A DNA stretch of 63,986 nucleotides, counting the filler, from Raillietiella orientalis (taxonomy: Eukaryota): assembly GCA_036172245.1 (NCBI GenBank). It is 3 parts of 3 records of this genome, joined end to end, with 100 filler letters (N's around TTAATTAATTAA, not from the genome) between each part and the next. Parts side by side here need not be neighbours in the genome. Positions count along the whole stretch, not along the records: positions 1 to 29,542 come from JAYWIR010000206.1; positions 29,643 to 58,784 come from JAYWIR010000207.1; 1 more part is not named here. One strand, 5' to 3'. The position numbers and the translations under genes were made by a program. Of this stretch, positions 28,501-39,520 are shown piece by piece. Numbering within the stretch: position 1 is the stretch's first letter; each line of letters starts with the position of its first letter. The notes under the pieces are model-generated. The model saw only the letters and a list, made by a program, of their open reading frames with translations, had not been told where the DNA came from and did not search any database.

Positions 28501-29542
28501 GGTCTCAGGATTTCGACCGAATTCTTCGGGAACCGGCCATGGTCGTTTTGGTGCAAGTGCGGAGATTTGGACGGAAAATACCACATTGGAAATAGAAAAG
28601 ATAGACGAATTTCTTTGATGCATTTTGAAGATTCTATTTCTATGCTGGAAGTGGAAGTAGATTGATTCCAACCATTTTAATGTCTCAGGATTGCTTCCGA
28701 ATTCATCGGGAACCGGCCATGGTCGATTTGGTGCAAGTGCGGAGATTTGGACGGAAAACACCACATTGGAAATAGAAAAGATAGAGGAATTTCTTTGATG
28801 CATTTTAAAGATTCTATTTCTATGCTGGAAGTGGAAGTAGACAGCTTCCAACCATTTTGAGGTCTCAGGATTTCGACCGAATTCTTCGGGAATAGGCCAT
28901 GGTCGTTTTGGTGCAAGTGCGGAGATTTGGACGGAAAACATCACATTGGAAATAGAAAAGATAGAGGAATTTTTTTGATGCATTTTGAATATTCTATTTC
29001 TATGCTGGAAGTGGAAGTAGACAGCTTCCAACCATTTTCATGTCTCAGGCATGCGACCGAATTCATCCGGAACCGGCCATGGTCGTTTTGGTGCAAGTGC
29101 GGAGATTTGGAAGGAAAACACCACATTGGAAATAGAAAACATAGAGGAATTTTTGTGATGCATTTTTAAGATTCTATTTCTATGCTGAAAGACGAAGTAG
29201 ATTGCTTCCAACCATTTTGATGTCTCAGGATTGCTTCCGAATTCATCGGGAACCGGCCATGGTCGTTTTGGTGCAAGTGCGGAGATTTGGACGGAAAACA
29301 CCACATTGGAAATAGAAAAGATAGAGGAATTTCTTTGATGCATTTTGAAGATTCTATTTCTATGCTGGAAGTGGAAGTAGACAGCTTCCAACCATTTTGA
29401 GGTCTCAAGATTTCGACCGAATTCTTCGGGAACCGGCCATGGTCGTTTTGGTGCAAGTGCGGAGATTTGGACGGAAAACATCACATTGGAAATAGAAAAG
29501 ATAGAGGAATTTCTTTGATGCATTTTGAATATTCTATTTCTA

Positions 29543-29642
29543 NNNNNNNNNNNNNNNNNNNNNNNNNNNNNNNNNNNNNNNNNNNNTTAATTAATTAANN
29601 NNNNNNNNNNNNNNNNNNNNNNNNNNNNNNNNNNNNNNNNNN
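29543..29642. other. Assembly gap with artificial TTAATTAATTAA linker
   Basis: 44 N + TTAATTAATTAA (29587-29598) + 44 N = 100 bp. The linker gives stop codons in all six frames and is repeated identically at 58785-58884. Confidence 0.97.
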
Positions 29643-29809
29643 GGTGGTCCGACTCGATCGATCTGATCGTCACCAGCGTGTACGCACCGAGCGGCAAGGA
29701 CCTGATGAACAGGATGGCGAGGAAAGAGTTTTTCCTTGCCCTCCGGCGAGACTGGCTGACCGAAGCAGGCGTGCGGAATGCGCATCTGGTTGCAGGCGAT
29801 TTTAACGTT
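29643..29809 (+). mobile_element. L1/Tx1-like LINE copy B, left part (APE endonuclease fragment up to GDFN); 5' end lost in the gap
   Basis: Translates as WSDSIDLIVTSVYAPSGKDLMNRMARKEFFLALRRDWLTEAGVRNAHLVAGDFNV, containing the APE VYAP and GDFN motifs. It continues at 32445 as FNVRLKP...IDHVFLD...LSDH. Confidence 0.9.
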
Positions 29810-32444
29810 GCCAGCGGAGTTTTATCAGTGCTTCGCGGGGGAGCTCGTCCCCCTGGTGCATCGCTTCTCGTCGCTTATGAGGGTTTCGGGGGATGTATCC
29901 AACTCCTTCCGCTCAGCGAGGGTGCGTCTCCTTCCGAAAGGTGGAGACGCACGCCATTTAAACAACTGGCGTCCGGTCACTTTGGTGACCGCGGACGTCA
30001 AGTTGTTCTCCAAGATGTGGGTTGCGCGCCTAGGGAGAATCGTGCCGTCCTTGGTGAGCCCGGAGCAGAATTACGCTGTTCCCTGGAGATCCATGGTCGC
30101 GAACCTGCTGTTTGCACGCACCTGGATGCAGCTGCAGAAGCGCGTAGCGCAGCAAAGTCGATCCGTGACAAATGCCACTGCTAAAGGCACACGGTATCGA
30201 CAGAAGCAACAAGAGGATACGCCGGGTGCCTTGGCGGTCGCAGTCGACCTCCACAAGGCGTTAGATTGCGTGAACCAAGCACTCCTATTGGAGCTCTTGG
30301 AACGCCTTGGTCTCCCGGCTCAACCTTTGAAGTACTTGCGCGCATGCTGGCGCCACGCGCTTACTTGAATTTGTTTTAGCGGCTGCCACGTGTACGGTAT
30401 TCCCGTGCGCAGGGGCATCAGTCAGGGTGACAGTTTAAGCCCGTTGCTCTCCAGCATCTTCGAGTTGGTGCTGAGAGCGTACAGGCTGACGCTGGAATAC
30501 CTGCCTAGCTCTTGCCCGGGAACGCCTGCCGTGGCTGCCTATGCAGATGACCTGCTTCTTCTGTTCCCCATGTCAACCCCGGCGTCCAGTGTCGAAGATT
30601 TCTTCGACCTGATTCGTCGGGGAGCGGGCATGAGCGTGAATAGAGAGAAGAGCGTGGTCGTTCCTGTGGGTGCGTCGTGGGAGGGGCAGTCCGACTGGAT
30701 CTGCCTGGGGATCCCCACGGCGGGGTACTTCAAGTACCTTGGCGTTCCGTTGGGCGACCTCGGCGCTGTCGAGGCGTGGTCGGACTGCCTTTATAAGGCC
30801 GAGTTGGCCGCCAGCCCGTTCATTAACGGAAGTTCACCTTGCCGGAACGGGCGGCTATTTGGAACACCTTCGTGGCCCCCCTCCTTCGTCCCCTCTTTTT
30901 TGTCTTGTACCCCCCCTATGCGGCCAAAGAGCGGGCAAAACGCCTGCTAAGGAACGCTCTTTGGGGTCCGGCGCGATCCAGGATTTGCCTGAAAGACCTC
31001 ACTGCTCCAAGTCGGGATGCTGGGCTTGGCATCCTGACGATCGAGAGAATCGGACTGCAAGTGCAGTTCCGGATGCTCGCACTTTGTGCCGAGCTATGGA
31101 CTTCCCCCGCTGTGTGCGCCTGCGCGCATCCTCCTGAGGAGATGTGCAGCCAGTGAAGGATTACTTCCATTGGTGCCTGGCTTGCGCCACAGGAAACAGG
31201 GATTTGGCTATCCTTTCAGAAAAATCGCCACCCTATTGGCAGCCAGTACGTGGATTACCTGCAGTCCAATGAACTATAATGCTTGGAAGCAGGAATCCAT
31301 TGATTCGTGGGCTGCATTCTTAGGAATGAGCCGTGAAGATCTTTGCCCCCTGCGTCGATTCCAGCCTTGGTCACTCCAAGATGTCATGCAGGACGACTTG
31401 AAGCATTCCTCCTTGGCCGCCACCCCCCTTGCCGAAGCACTGTCTGCCCTCGAGACTCGAGATGACAGTAGCCAGCCGGCAAGGTGGGAGTTCTCCTGCA
31501 CTATTGCAGGAAGAACAAAACCAGTTGGCAAATGGACCACGAGCGAGCTTGCGGATGCTGCCACTCCTCCTGCTACACCAAAGGGGTTTCTTCGGTGGGG
31601 AGAAGCTCTTGGTGTTGCCCCCGAAGAACTTATAGTCCCTCCCCGGTGTTTGGATGGTTCGGTGTTTTGCCTTGCATGGAAGCAAGAAGTTTTCTCGCAC
31701 TGGGGATTGCGCTACAACGAGCGGCGCCACCGAGTTTCCGGTGGGGTGGCTTCTCCCTACTGTGCCCGGTGCGGAGCGACGGAGTCGTTTTCGCACCTTG
31801 TTATGGACTGCGGTGCCCTCCAGGAACTGTGGAGGAGGCTAGCAGCAGCTCTCCCGTCACCAGGAGACACCGCTTGAGAAGTGCTGCGACGGTTCTTCCA
31901 GACACAAAGACTTTCGATGGCTGCGACGATTTCCACTGTTGGTTGCATCCGCGCCATCGTCACGGTCCGAGACGTGCTGGAGAATACTGGAGAGCAATGT
32001 TGTGTCACCAGGAAGGCAGCTGACTTCATCAGGTCGGCAGCTAGATGGCGACACTTATGGAAAGACACAACGGAGGAGCTAACCGGTATCCGTCGCCGGA
32101 TCAGCAACGGCTTAGAACGACGAAATCGGTGATCCGCCCTCATTTTATTTTTGATTGGTTTTTTTGTTCTTGCGTTCTTTTTCCCTATACGCTCCGCAGT
32201 CCTTTTGGTGCTAGAACTTTTGAGTTTCCCGGTGAGTGCGGAGCAACACCAAAGTTCCCTGGCGCACTCCTCCCATTTCCATTTTTTTTTTTTTGGACTC
32301 CCCTCAGTCGCCCATGTTCTTCCGTTTTCCTGGCCTGTGTACCAGGGGTGAATCTCCGCTGCATGTTTTCAGAGTCGAGAGCTGGAAACAATTGTTTCCA
32401 GCTCGTTTATGTCAATAAACGTCCCGGCGTGACATGGTGAAAAA
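29810..32444 (+). mobile_element. L1/Tx1-like LINE copy A, 5'-truncated, inserted in copy B (RT + CCHC + 3' UTR; degenerate)
   Basis: Starts at LPAEFYQ. RT motifs: LLPKGGD..NNWRPVTL, AVDLHKALDCV, GISQGDSLSPLL, YADD (30540-30551), FKYLGVPL. C-terminal CARCGATESFSHLVMDC near 31760-31810. T-rich 3' UTR, AATAAA at 32414, short A tail. Several stops and frameshifts. Flanked by a 10/11 direct repeat. Confidence 0.92.
32414..32444 (+). terminator. LINE 3'-terminal motif of copy A: AATAAA + imperfect stem-loop + short A tail
   Basis: aataaa-cgt-cccgg-cgtga-catgg-tgaaaaa, homologous to the ends of B, C, D, F and G. Confidence 0.75.
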
Positions 32445-34168
32445 TTTCAACGTTCGCCTGAAACCAGATGGGCAGAATCCCGAGCGTGACCTGGTCAACG
32501 AGGTGTGCATGGCGGTGCACACCTGTAATTTGTTGGCCAGTGCACCGGGGATGGAAGACAGCATTGACCACGTGTTTCTTGACGAGCACCTGTGCCCTCG
32601 CGTGGGCAGGCGCGGCAAGTTACCGTGCGAGCTGTCCGACCATCGCCCGCTAGTCCTCGAGATCCATCCGCGCGACAGGGGCCCCCTCTCGTCAGCGTGG
32701 CGTCTCCCAGGGGACTGGCTGAAGCTCCCGGACGCGGCGGAACATCTCCGCACGTTCATACGGAGCTTCAGGCTGCGGACACTCCAGGATTGGGACCGCT
32801 TCAAGCGGTCGGTCCAGGAGTTCTGCGAACAGTTAACTCTGCACCGCCTACCTGCTTGATTTGGGGACGGGGTACGTAACGAACGAGCCTATCTGCAGGC
32901 TCGCCGTTACACCAGGACCCTTGACATCCGCAGGCTGGAGGAATACAAAGCAAGAGCCGAGAGGCAAGCCTGGCAGTCAGGATCGGCCAGCTTGCTGGAC
33001 GATCAGGGCCAGGAGCAATCGGCACCCGCTCGGATCCGCGGTCTGCTGCGGCGTTTTTACTCCTCTCTGTACGCAAGAACGCCTCCCGAGCGGAATTTTT
33101 CACGACTCCTGCTTCCGGTAGGCACTGCTGCGATCGGGGAGGAGGGCAAAAAGTCCCTCGACGAGCCTTTCACGATGGGCGAGATCATCTCGGCCATCGG
33201 AAAGCTCAAGAGCCGCAAGGCTTCAGGGGAGGACGGTCTGTCCGCGGAGTTTTATCAAACTTTCGCGGCTGAGCTTACTCCCCTGGTACAGCAACTCACC
33301 TTGCTGATACGCGAGACAGGTGACGTTCCCGCCTCGTTTCGTTTGGCAAAGGTGCGGCTCCTCCCTAAGGGAGGAGATCTGAGGAGCATGAACTACTGGC
33401 ATCCCATCATAATAGTGAATGCGGACGCCAAGTTGATAGCAAAGGTTTGCGCTGAGCGTTTGGGACGGATTGCAAACGCCTTCATCAGCCCGGAACAGAC
33501 GTATGCTGTTCCGGGTCGAAGCATGGAGGCGAACCTGTTTTACGCTTCCACCTCGCTAGAGCTCCAACACGAAAGAAGCTTGATGCGCACCGGAAATTCC
33601 GGTGAGTCCGTTAGCCATGCGACGGATGGTCGGATGGGTGAGGGAGCACTTGCGGTCGCTGTCGACTTGCGTAAGGCATTCGACAGCGTCGACCAGAATT
33701 TCCTGCTGGAGCTTTTGGAACGCTTGGGCTTCCTGGCCTCATTATTGGCCTATCTGCGCTTCGTTTGCTTCCCTCGGGGGATCGTCGCCGCCTGGAACAG
33801 GGATACGGGAGGATTTTGCGATAAAAATGGCATCCATAACGGCTTCGAATTTTTGTAGGGGGCTTTGCGATTGCCTCACCTGAATCAGGGAATACGGTTA
33901 TAGCTTGTCACCATGCTGCAAAGGATGCAGCGGCACCAGCAACAACAGTGTTCCTTTTCCTTACCCTTCGCAGATTTGTTTTCTTTTTGTTTTGTTTTTG
34001 TTTATTCTTTCTTCCCCTTGGTGGTGTGGTGGACCGTACCGGTTAGCGAGTCGGTGACCCGGCAGGCTCTGTGGTTCTACGTGCGTGGCTGGAGCACTGG
34101 TCCAACAACAGCACGTCTTTGCTATAGTTGATTTTTTAATGAACGCCCCGGAGAAACCCTGGTGAAAA
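32445..34168 (+). mobile_element. L1/Tx1-like LINE copy B, right part (end of APE, N-terminal RT, internal deletion, 3' UTR)
   Basis: ORFs 32434..32859 (IDHVFLD, LSDH) and 32992..33858 (DEPFT, GEDGLSAEFY, AVDLRKAFDSV). Jumps at about 33760 from AYLR to the C-terminal RGIVAAW motif. The 3' UTR (gtggtggaccgtaccgg...ggtgacccggcaggc) matches that of copy F at about 50900-50945 on the minus strand. Confidence 0.9.
34138..34168 (+). terminator. LINE 3'-terminal motif of copy B
   Basis: aatgaa-cgc-cccgg-agaaac-cctgg-tgaaaa. Confidence 0.75.
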
Positions 34169-34169
34169 T

Positions 34170-34550
34170 CTTATGGAGATAGATTGCTTTCTCTAGGGCT
34201 CTCTTTCCTGCATAGATTTTCCTTCCTTGTCCGGCTGGCGCCCCTAAAACGGGATTGCTCGTCATCCGCCCTTTCATCGTTTCGCACCGCTGCACATGGA
34301 GCCATGTGCTTACAAAGAAGTGGTTGGCCTTTATACTTCTGGAAGCCTCATAAGTCTGCTCCGCGCTAATTATGGAGTCTGCCACCTGTCTCAGATGCGC
34401 AGCCTATAGCGACTTGGCGTCCGTGTTAACAATCGTGATCGAACTCTAGTTGCTTAATTTCATGGGTCCCCTTCCTTCGGAAGGGGCCTCATTCTGACTG
34501 ACTGAAACGAGCCGGGAACATCGCCTTCGTCTGAGATGAGCCGTGTCAAC
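34170..34550 (-). pseudogene. Older, strongly decayed LINE RT fragment (copy C, reversed segment)
   Basis: ORF 34122..34385 (SIISAEQTY..RSIKANHFFVSTWLHVQRCE...PAGQG...AGKRAL..IYLHK) aligns by eye with copy D RT (SIISPEQTY..RSMDSNLFFASTWMHAQRCE...PAGQG...AGKGALALAVDLHK). Confidence 0.85.
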
Positions 34551-34559
34551 TCAAGGGTC

Positions 34560-35190
34560 ATTTGGTAGCGTTGATGCTTATTGTGGAGTGTGTGGCGAAA
34601 AGGAATCCTTCCTGCACCTAATCATAGACTGTGGCGATCTTTGAGCCCTTTGGGATCCATTCTCGTTGATCTCGGAAATCTCGGTAGGTGACCACGAGTA
34701 CATTTTCGGACGCCGCTTCATGCATGACCCTCTGCCTCCAGCCGCATCTTTAGCAGGTATGTGCTATCTACGCGCAATCAAGGCAATCAGAAACGTAAGA
34801 AAAAGAGGCCATAATAGAAAGGATGCCAACCACTGGGACGACATCTCCTTTAAGACCGCTTCCCGATGACCTTACGTGGTAGAAAAAAGAAAAGGGCTTG
34901 CCAGTTTAATGAACAGGTTGCGAAAGACGTCTTACGGGGAGCATTGATCCCTTCATGTTCTCCTCTTTCGAAGGGGTAAAATGTTCCTTGTTTTCTCAAG
35001 CTCTGGCTCGATTTTCTTTCCTGTGATCTACCTTTCCCCTTTTTCTCTGGAACGAACCTCAGAGGTCTGCGTTCCGGTTCCAACAAGTCCGTCGAGCGTG
35101 GCAGAACCTAGTGTTCTACCACATAAAATTGAATAACGGCTTTCATTATGATGTTTTATAATGAATGTTTCGGCAAATCCAAGAAGAAAA
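34560..35190 (+). pseudogene. Decayed LINE 3' end (copy C, sense segment): ORF2 CCHC finger, C-terminus and 3' UTR
   Basis: 34582-34632 translates CGVCGEKESFLHLIIDC, followed by PLPPAASLAGMCYLRAI (compare ALRPSAALAALCCFRGI in copy F). Ends in a degenerate terminal motif aatgaatgtttcggcaaatccaagaagaaaa at 35160-35190. Confidence 0.75.
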
Positions 35191-37471
35191 CCTCAGAAAG
35201 CCTTCTACGAAAATAGTCAGAGGCTTAGTGCAACTTGTCTCCACGTGATCGATGATTTCGTCGTCAGAACATCAAATGACTCTGCATCGCCGAGCCACTT
35301 CATTCTTCATTTACATCCTCAAATTTAGATGGGCAAGCGCTCAGTCGATGCGGACTCTTGTCTGCCGAGAAAAGAGAAGCAATGAAAGATTCGAGCGACA
35401 GCCAATTACGAATTTGAAGAAAAGAAACCTGAATTTCCAAAAAAGCCTGCATTTTTTCTGCAAACCTTTCATGTCCAGGTTACACCTGCTTTTTCACGCG
35501 CAGGCAACGCATTGACAACAGTTATAGCATTTTTTTCCAGCTACAACAAAAGTCCACTTAAAAGAGTACAAAGTAAAGTGCAAAAAAACATTTTATTTTC
35601 AAAAAGTACTTTTCTCAGAAGACCTCCCAAAATCAGGGAGAAGACCTTATCATTGCTAAGCAAACGCAGCTCGACTCTTCACTGTAACTGTAAAAGTGTT
35701 TCCTGGAGAAGAATCCCAATCACAACTCAGTCTAGAGGGAACAATTCCAAGATTCCTCCCAGTATACAACCTAAAGCATATCCGGAGATAAATGCGTAAA
35801 CAAAAGATGCAACGAAAACCATAGGCAATTTGATTAAACATTCGAAAGAGCATTTGTCTTAATAAACAGATGCACACCTACGATTTTACAGGCAAGTGAG
35901 AAGACGTACACTGGAAGAAATGAGACAGAAGTGGTGAAACCTTCAAGAAAAGAATTCCGACTGAAAACAAAGTGAAACATCAAAACATGCGTTCTCGGTA
36001 GGCATGGAAGAACTCGCATGTTCACACGATCTTCACAATGCAAAAAGAACGAAGTCATTTCCAATCCACACAACTAAACAAACGTTTTTCTGGATTGCCG
36101 AAAGTTTACGGAAAAAGAGCACCAAAGAAAATAAGAGAACAGAGCCTTTCCACACACATTGAATAAACAGAAGACATACCTTAATGTTAGACCTCCTCGA
36201 AAGTGTAAAACGCAGTTTGCGCTAAAAGAAGTAAGAATAAAATAAGCATACATATATACTTCCTCTTCCAGCAACTGAAATGATAATCAGTTCCATTACA
36301 TCAGAAATTTAATCTTACAGATAAAGATACGTCACAAACACCACAAAGGTCCTGAGAACGTGAATTAGTTAAGGAAAATTCACAAGAATCTAGAACGTTA
36401 GTGAAAAAAGAAATACAGGGTCCGTGTAAATTTTCGAAGACAATAACATCTTTCAGAACTTCATCAGATGGAACAGTAGCGTTTCTAACGCCAACAAAAC
36501 CAGCAACAAACTTGGCACGGCAACACAGCACCGATGTGACCTACGATGAACACAGATTCAGAAACATTAAAACATCAGAAACAACAAATCAAAAGAAAGA
36601 AGCTAGCAGCGCTGAAAAAACCGATGCGACGAGTTTGTTCAACGTGAGAAAAGAAGTTGCTAGGTCACGGCCAATCAGAAAAGCGAGGTAGCCAGCAGAT
36701 GCATTCAAGATCGAAGCGCCTCCGCATGCAACACACTAATTGTCGACCATTGAGGAGGTCAATTGGGGAGACAGCCTTCCGCCTTGATTCGAGACCTCGC
36801 ATGCGCATTCTCCACGCATCTTTATCGACAAACAAAAACACCCGGACGCTTCTGCGAACAAAGGAGGTCCCGATTAGCGAAAGGGAGCAAAGAGGGAAGT
36901 AGCGAGGAAGGAGAACGCTTGGAAGGGAAACATGGGACAAAGTCAGGATGGCATGGGACGCATGAGAGGGAGCAGAAGAAAGAGAGCCAAAACCCTACTT
37001 TAATAAGCGGACTTTTCTCGCGAAAGCATGCGCGCTTGTCGAACGGACGCAGACTCTGCATACGAAGTCTTCCGAGACTTCGGCAACAGCGGTGCCTGAC
37101 CTGAAAAGGGGGCTGCGCAGCTAAGTAGGGAAAAGAAGGGGCTGCTGCGCAGCCAAGAAGTGCCTGTACAGAAGAAAGTGATCTTGTCTTAACTTGATAG
37201 CGGACATCAATCTCGCACAAACGCCACCGAGAGTTCCCTTCAGGAACGCCAGCAGCCTCTCCCACAGAGCGCACCACAGGGTCAGGGTGTGTTGCCACAA
37301 GCACGAAACATTCCTCGCAACGGCTCCACGAACGCACGCTGCGACCACGTTGAGTCTCTGTAGCCACGGACGACCACTGCGCACGCACCACAAGCGACCA
37401 GGCCGTTCTTTCTCAGTTCGTACGCCAGAGAACAGAAAGGAAGAAAAGCGTTCCCTCAGCTGCAGAACGAG

Positions 37472-39520
37472 ATGAAGGGTGCGGCACCTACAGAGGCATG
37501 CAAGAAAAGGAAACGCGCTCTGACGAGCAAATTCATTGCAACGCAGAAAATGTTTCTTACGATGATGAACGAAATTCGGCACAACATGCTGCCTTCCGGA
37601 AATCGACACAGAACGAGTCCTTCTTTGAAGGTGACACTCGACCGCAGCTCCGACGCTCTTTGTGATTTATACAGAATTACGGGCATCGCCAACCTATACG
37701 AGCCACGGTTAACACTTGTTACGACATGTGTGAAATGTGTCGAACTCACAGGGCTCTGGAAATTTTCTCATCGCACTACCGGTAATTCAATGCATCTAGT
37801 TTCCCAGCTGCAGAAACGCAACCTGCAAACCACAGCAGCGGAGCGGCCCCGCATGAGCGCTGCGAAGCTGCGTTTAGCATGATAGGCAAAATGTTGTGTG
37901 AAGGCACAGATCAGTGCACAAGCTGTCCCTGAGAGAGGTCAAACGGTGAAGAGACTCATGCAGCCGGCCCAGGCGTCTTCAGCGGTCCGTTTTTGCAACG
38001 GTTCCGACTCACTAGAGGCACCGGGAAAAAAAAGAAATGAAGCGAAGCGAATCACCTCCGTAAGAGTGAGAAGATGCCATGACAGCTTCATATGGAGAAA
38101 TGCAGGTCGCAGCGACAAGAGGAACCGAAAGGCGAATGGAAAGCAATCAAGAATCCTTGCCGCTTTCCTCTGCTCACTCATGCTACGATGCAACGGAAGA
38201 TGGGTGGCAGTCAAGCGCTACAGGCAAGAGCATCTCCTTCAGCTGAGAATTCCAGACATTCTTTTGCAACACTCGCAGTTCGCAAACGCGCTCGGCTCCG
38301 TGTTTAGAATGCTTCTCGCGCTATTGCCATCCAGTTTGCGGCCAGAACGCAGAATCTCCCATACCAAACGTTAGATGCGTCCCGTTATGATCTCCCACAA
38401 TCGCAGCAGATGCTTTTCCTGGAATCCCGCGCTGAGGATGCGCACTCTCCGTATGCCTTGAGCAACAGCACCACTGGCCAGTGAAGCTTCTCTTCAGCTC
38501 GCTCGTCTGTCATCCAACACAACCCTGCGAAGCTTTCCTCATGCAGTTGCGCAAAGAGTGAATGTCCGCGAAACTTATCTGAACTTTCGAATAGGATTTG
38601 CGCGAAACACGGAGTGGCGTTTTCTCTGTTCCAATCGCCCTGAAGATCCGGAAGGTGTGAAGAGACACCGTTTCTCCTGCTTGAAGCAGCATTCTGGATC
38701 AAGTCAGGGACACGCTGGCCTCAACCTTTGCAAGCACGAATCGGAGCGGATAGTAGCTGAGAAGCAAGGCACGCAAGGCATCTTCCTCCTCGTACCAGTT
38801 CGTAGTCCAATTGCATGCTGTCCCCTGCACTTTCTATCTTGCTGCGTTTTTAATGACGAGGGAGGGTGCGAAACATCTACAAACCGACCTCTGGCTTCAG
38901 CGAGCATGCCAGGCTGGGAAGTACTCTGAGCTTTCGGGATTCTGCTTATCCGAGGTAAGAAGCAAATAGCAATTAAGTCTTCCTTTAAGCGTCGTCCTAT
39001 TTCAAAAGCATGTTAAGGAATGCAAAAAAATTCTTCCAGAATTCTTAATGGGAAAATTCGGAAGTGAAATGGAGTATTCATTTAGAATTTTTCTCTTTCG
39101 TCTCATAGATTGGCAGCATAGAACGAGAGAAGTTCCCTATCTTGAGACTGGACCAACCTGTTCATGCAGTCAGTGAGAAACATCCTTGCACTTCAGAAAA
39201 AAACGTGTCCACGTCGAACACACAAACACTTGCGGAGGTACACCCCGAGGATGATTCGGTAGGTGCCAAAGGCATGCTGTTGGAATTTCAGGGCCTCAGA
39301 ATTGCATGCTGTGACTCATTGCGCATGCAGTGTCGTTAAAGTTTAACGACGATTGCGGCAAGCTGCAGAAGTATGTCACGTGCAAATTATTAGCCTCAAG
39401 TGTGCAAACAGAAAGGTTTTTTTCACAAACTGAGCAAACGCCTGATGCCAGTAGGCGTTGCATGAGCAGCTGCGTACAAGGAAGATTGGCGCATCCTCCT
39501 CTTAATCACGTAGGCGCTGC
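37472..39520 (+). pseudogene. Possible highly decayed hAT-family transposase remnant
   Basis: Motif-like pieces in the expected order: CVKC...GNSMHLVSQL (BED-finger-like, about 37727-37810), IACCPLHFL (CxxH-like, about 38810-38835), NSEVKWS (RW-motif-like, about 39055-39075), LLASSVQTERFFSQ......SRR (hAT C-terminal SxxxERxFS-like, 39393-39455). The pieces lie in different frames and no TIRs were found. Confidence 0.4.

Larger units (their letters stand above)
1..29542. repeat. 180-bp tandem satellite array, left arm (about 164 monomers)
   Basis: The sequence recurs every three 60-nt lines: cattttgaagattctatttctatgctggaag...ttccaaccattttgatgtctcaggattgcgaccGAATTCatcgggaaccggCCATGGtcgttttggtgcaagtgcggagatttggacggaaaacaccacattggaaatagaaaagatagaggaattt. 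Most monomers have one EcoRI and one NcoI site. Only one register shift (a T lost at about 2331-2336). Confidence 0.99.

Noticed and set aside
554..29523. Many long minus-strand ORFs (up to 701 aa) made of 60-aa repeats
   Set aside because: The monomer is 180 bp (60 codons) and two overlapping frames happen to be mostly stop-free. Stops occur sporadically, variants freely change amino acids in both frames, and there are no unique termini or known domains. A codon-position substitution test or proteomics would be needed to revive this.
1..29542. CRISPR array
   Set aside because: There are no unique spacers; the whole 180-bp unit repeats. No cas genes are present and the context is eukaryotic.
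29587..29598. TTAATTAATTAA at both island ends as piggyBac TTAA target duplications or element termini
   Set aside because: Both copies sit at the centre of symmetric 44-N runs in exactly 100-bp gaps; this is an artificial six-frame-stop scaffold linker.
32133..32444. Self-cleaving ribozyme in the LINE UTRs
   Set aside because: I saw no hammerhead core (CTGATGA...GAAA) or clear HDV-like pattern by eye. A covariance-model search would be needed to exclude it formally.
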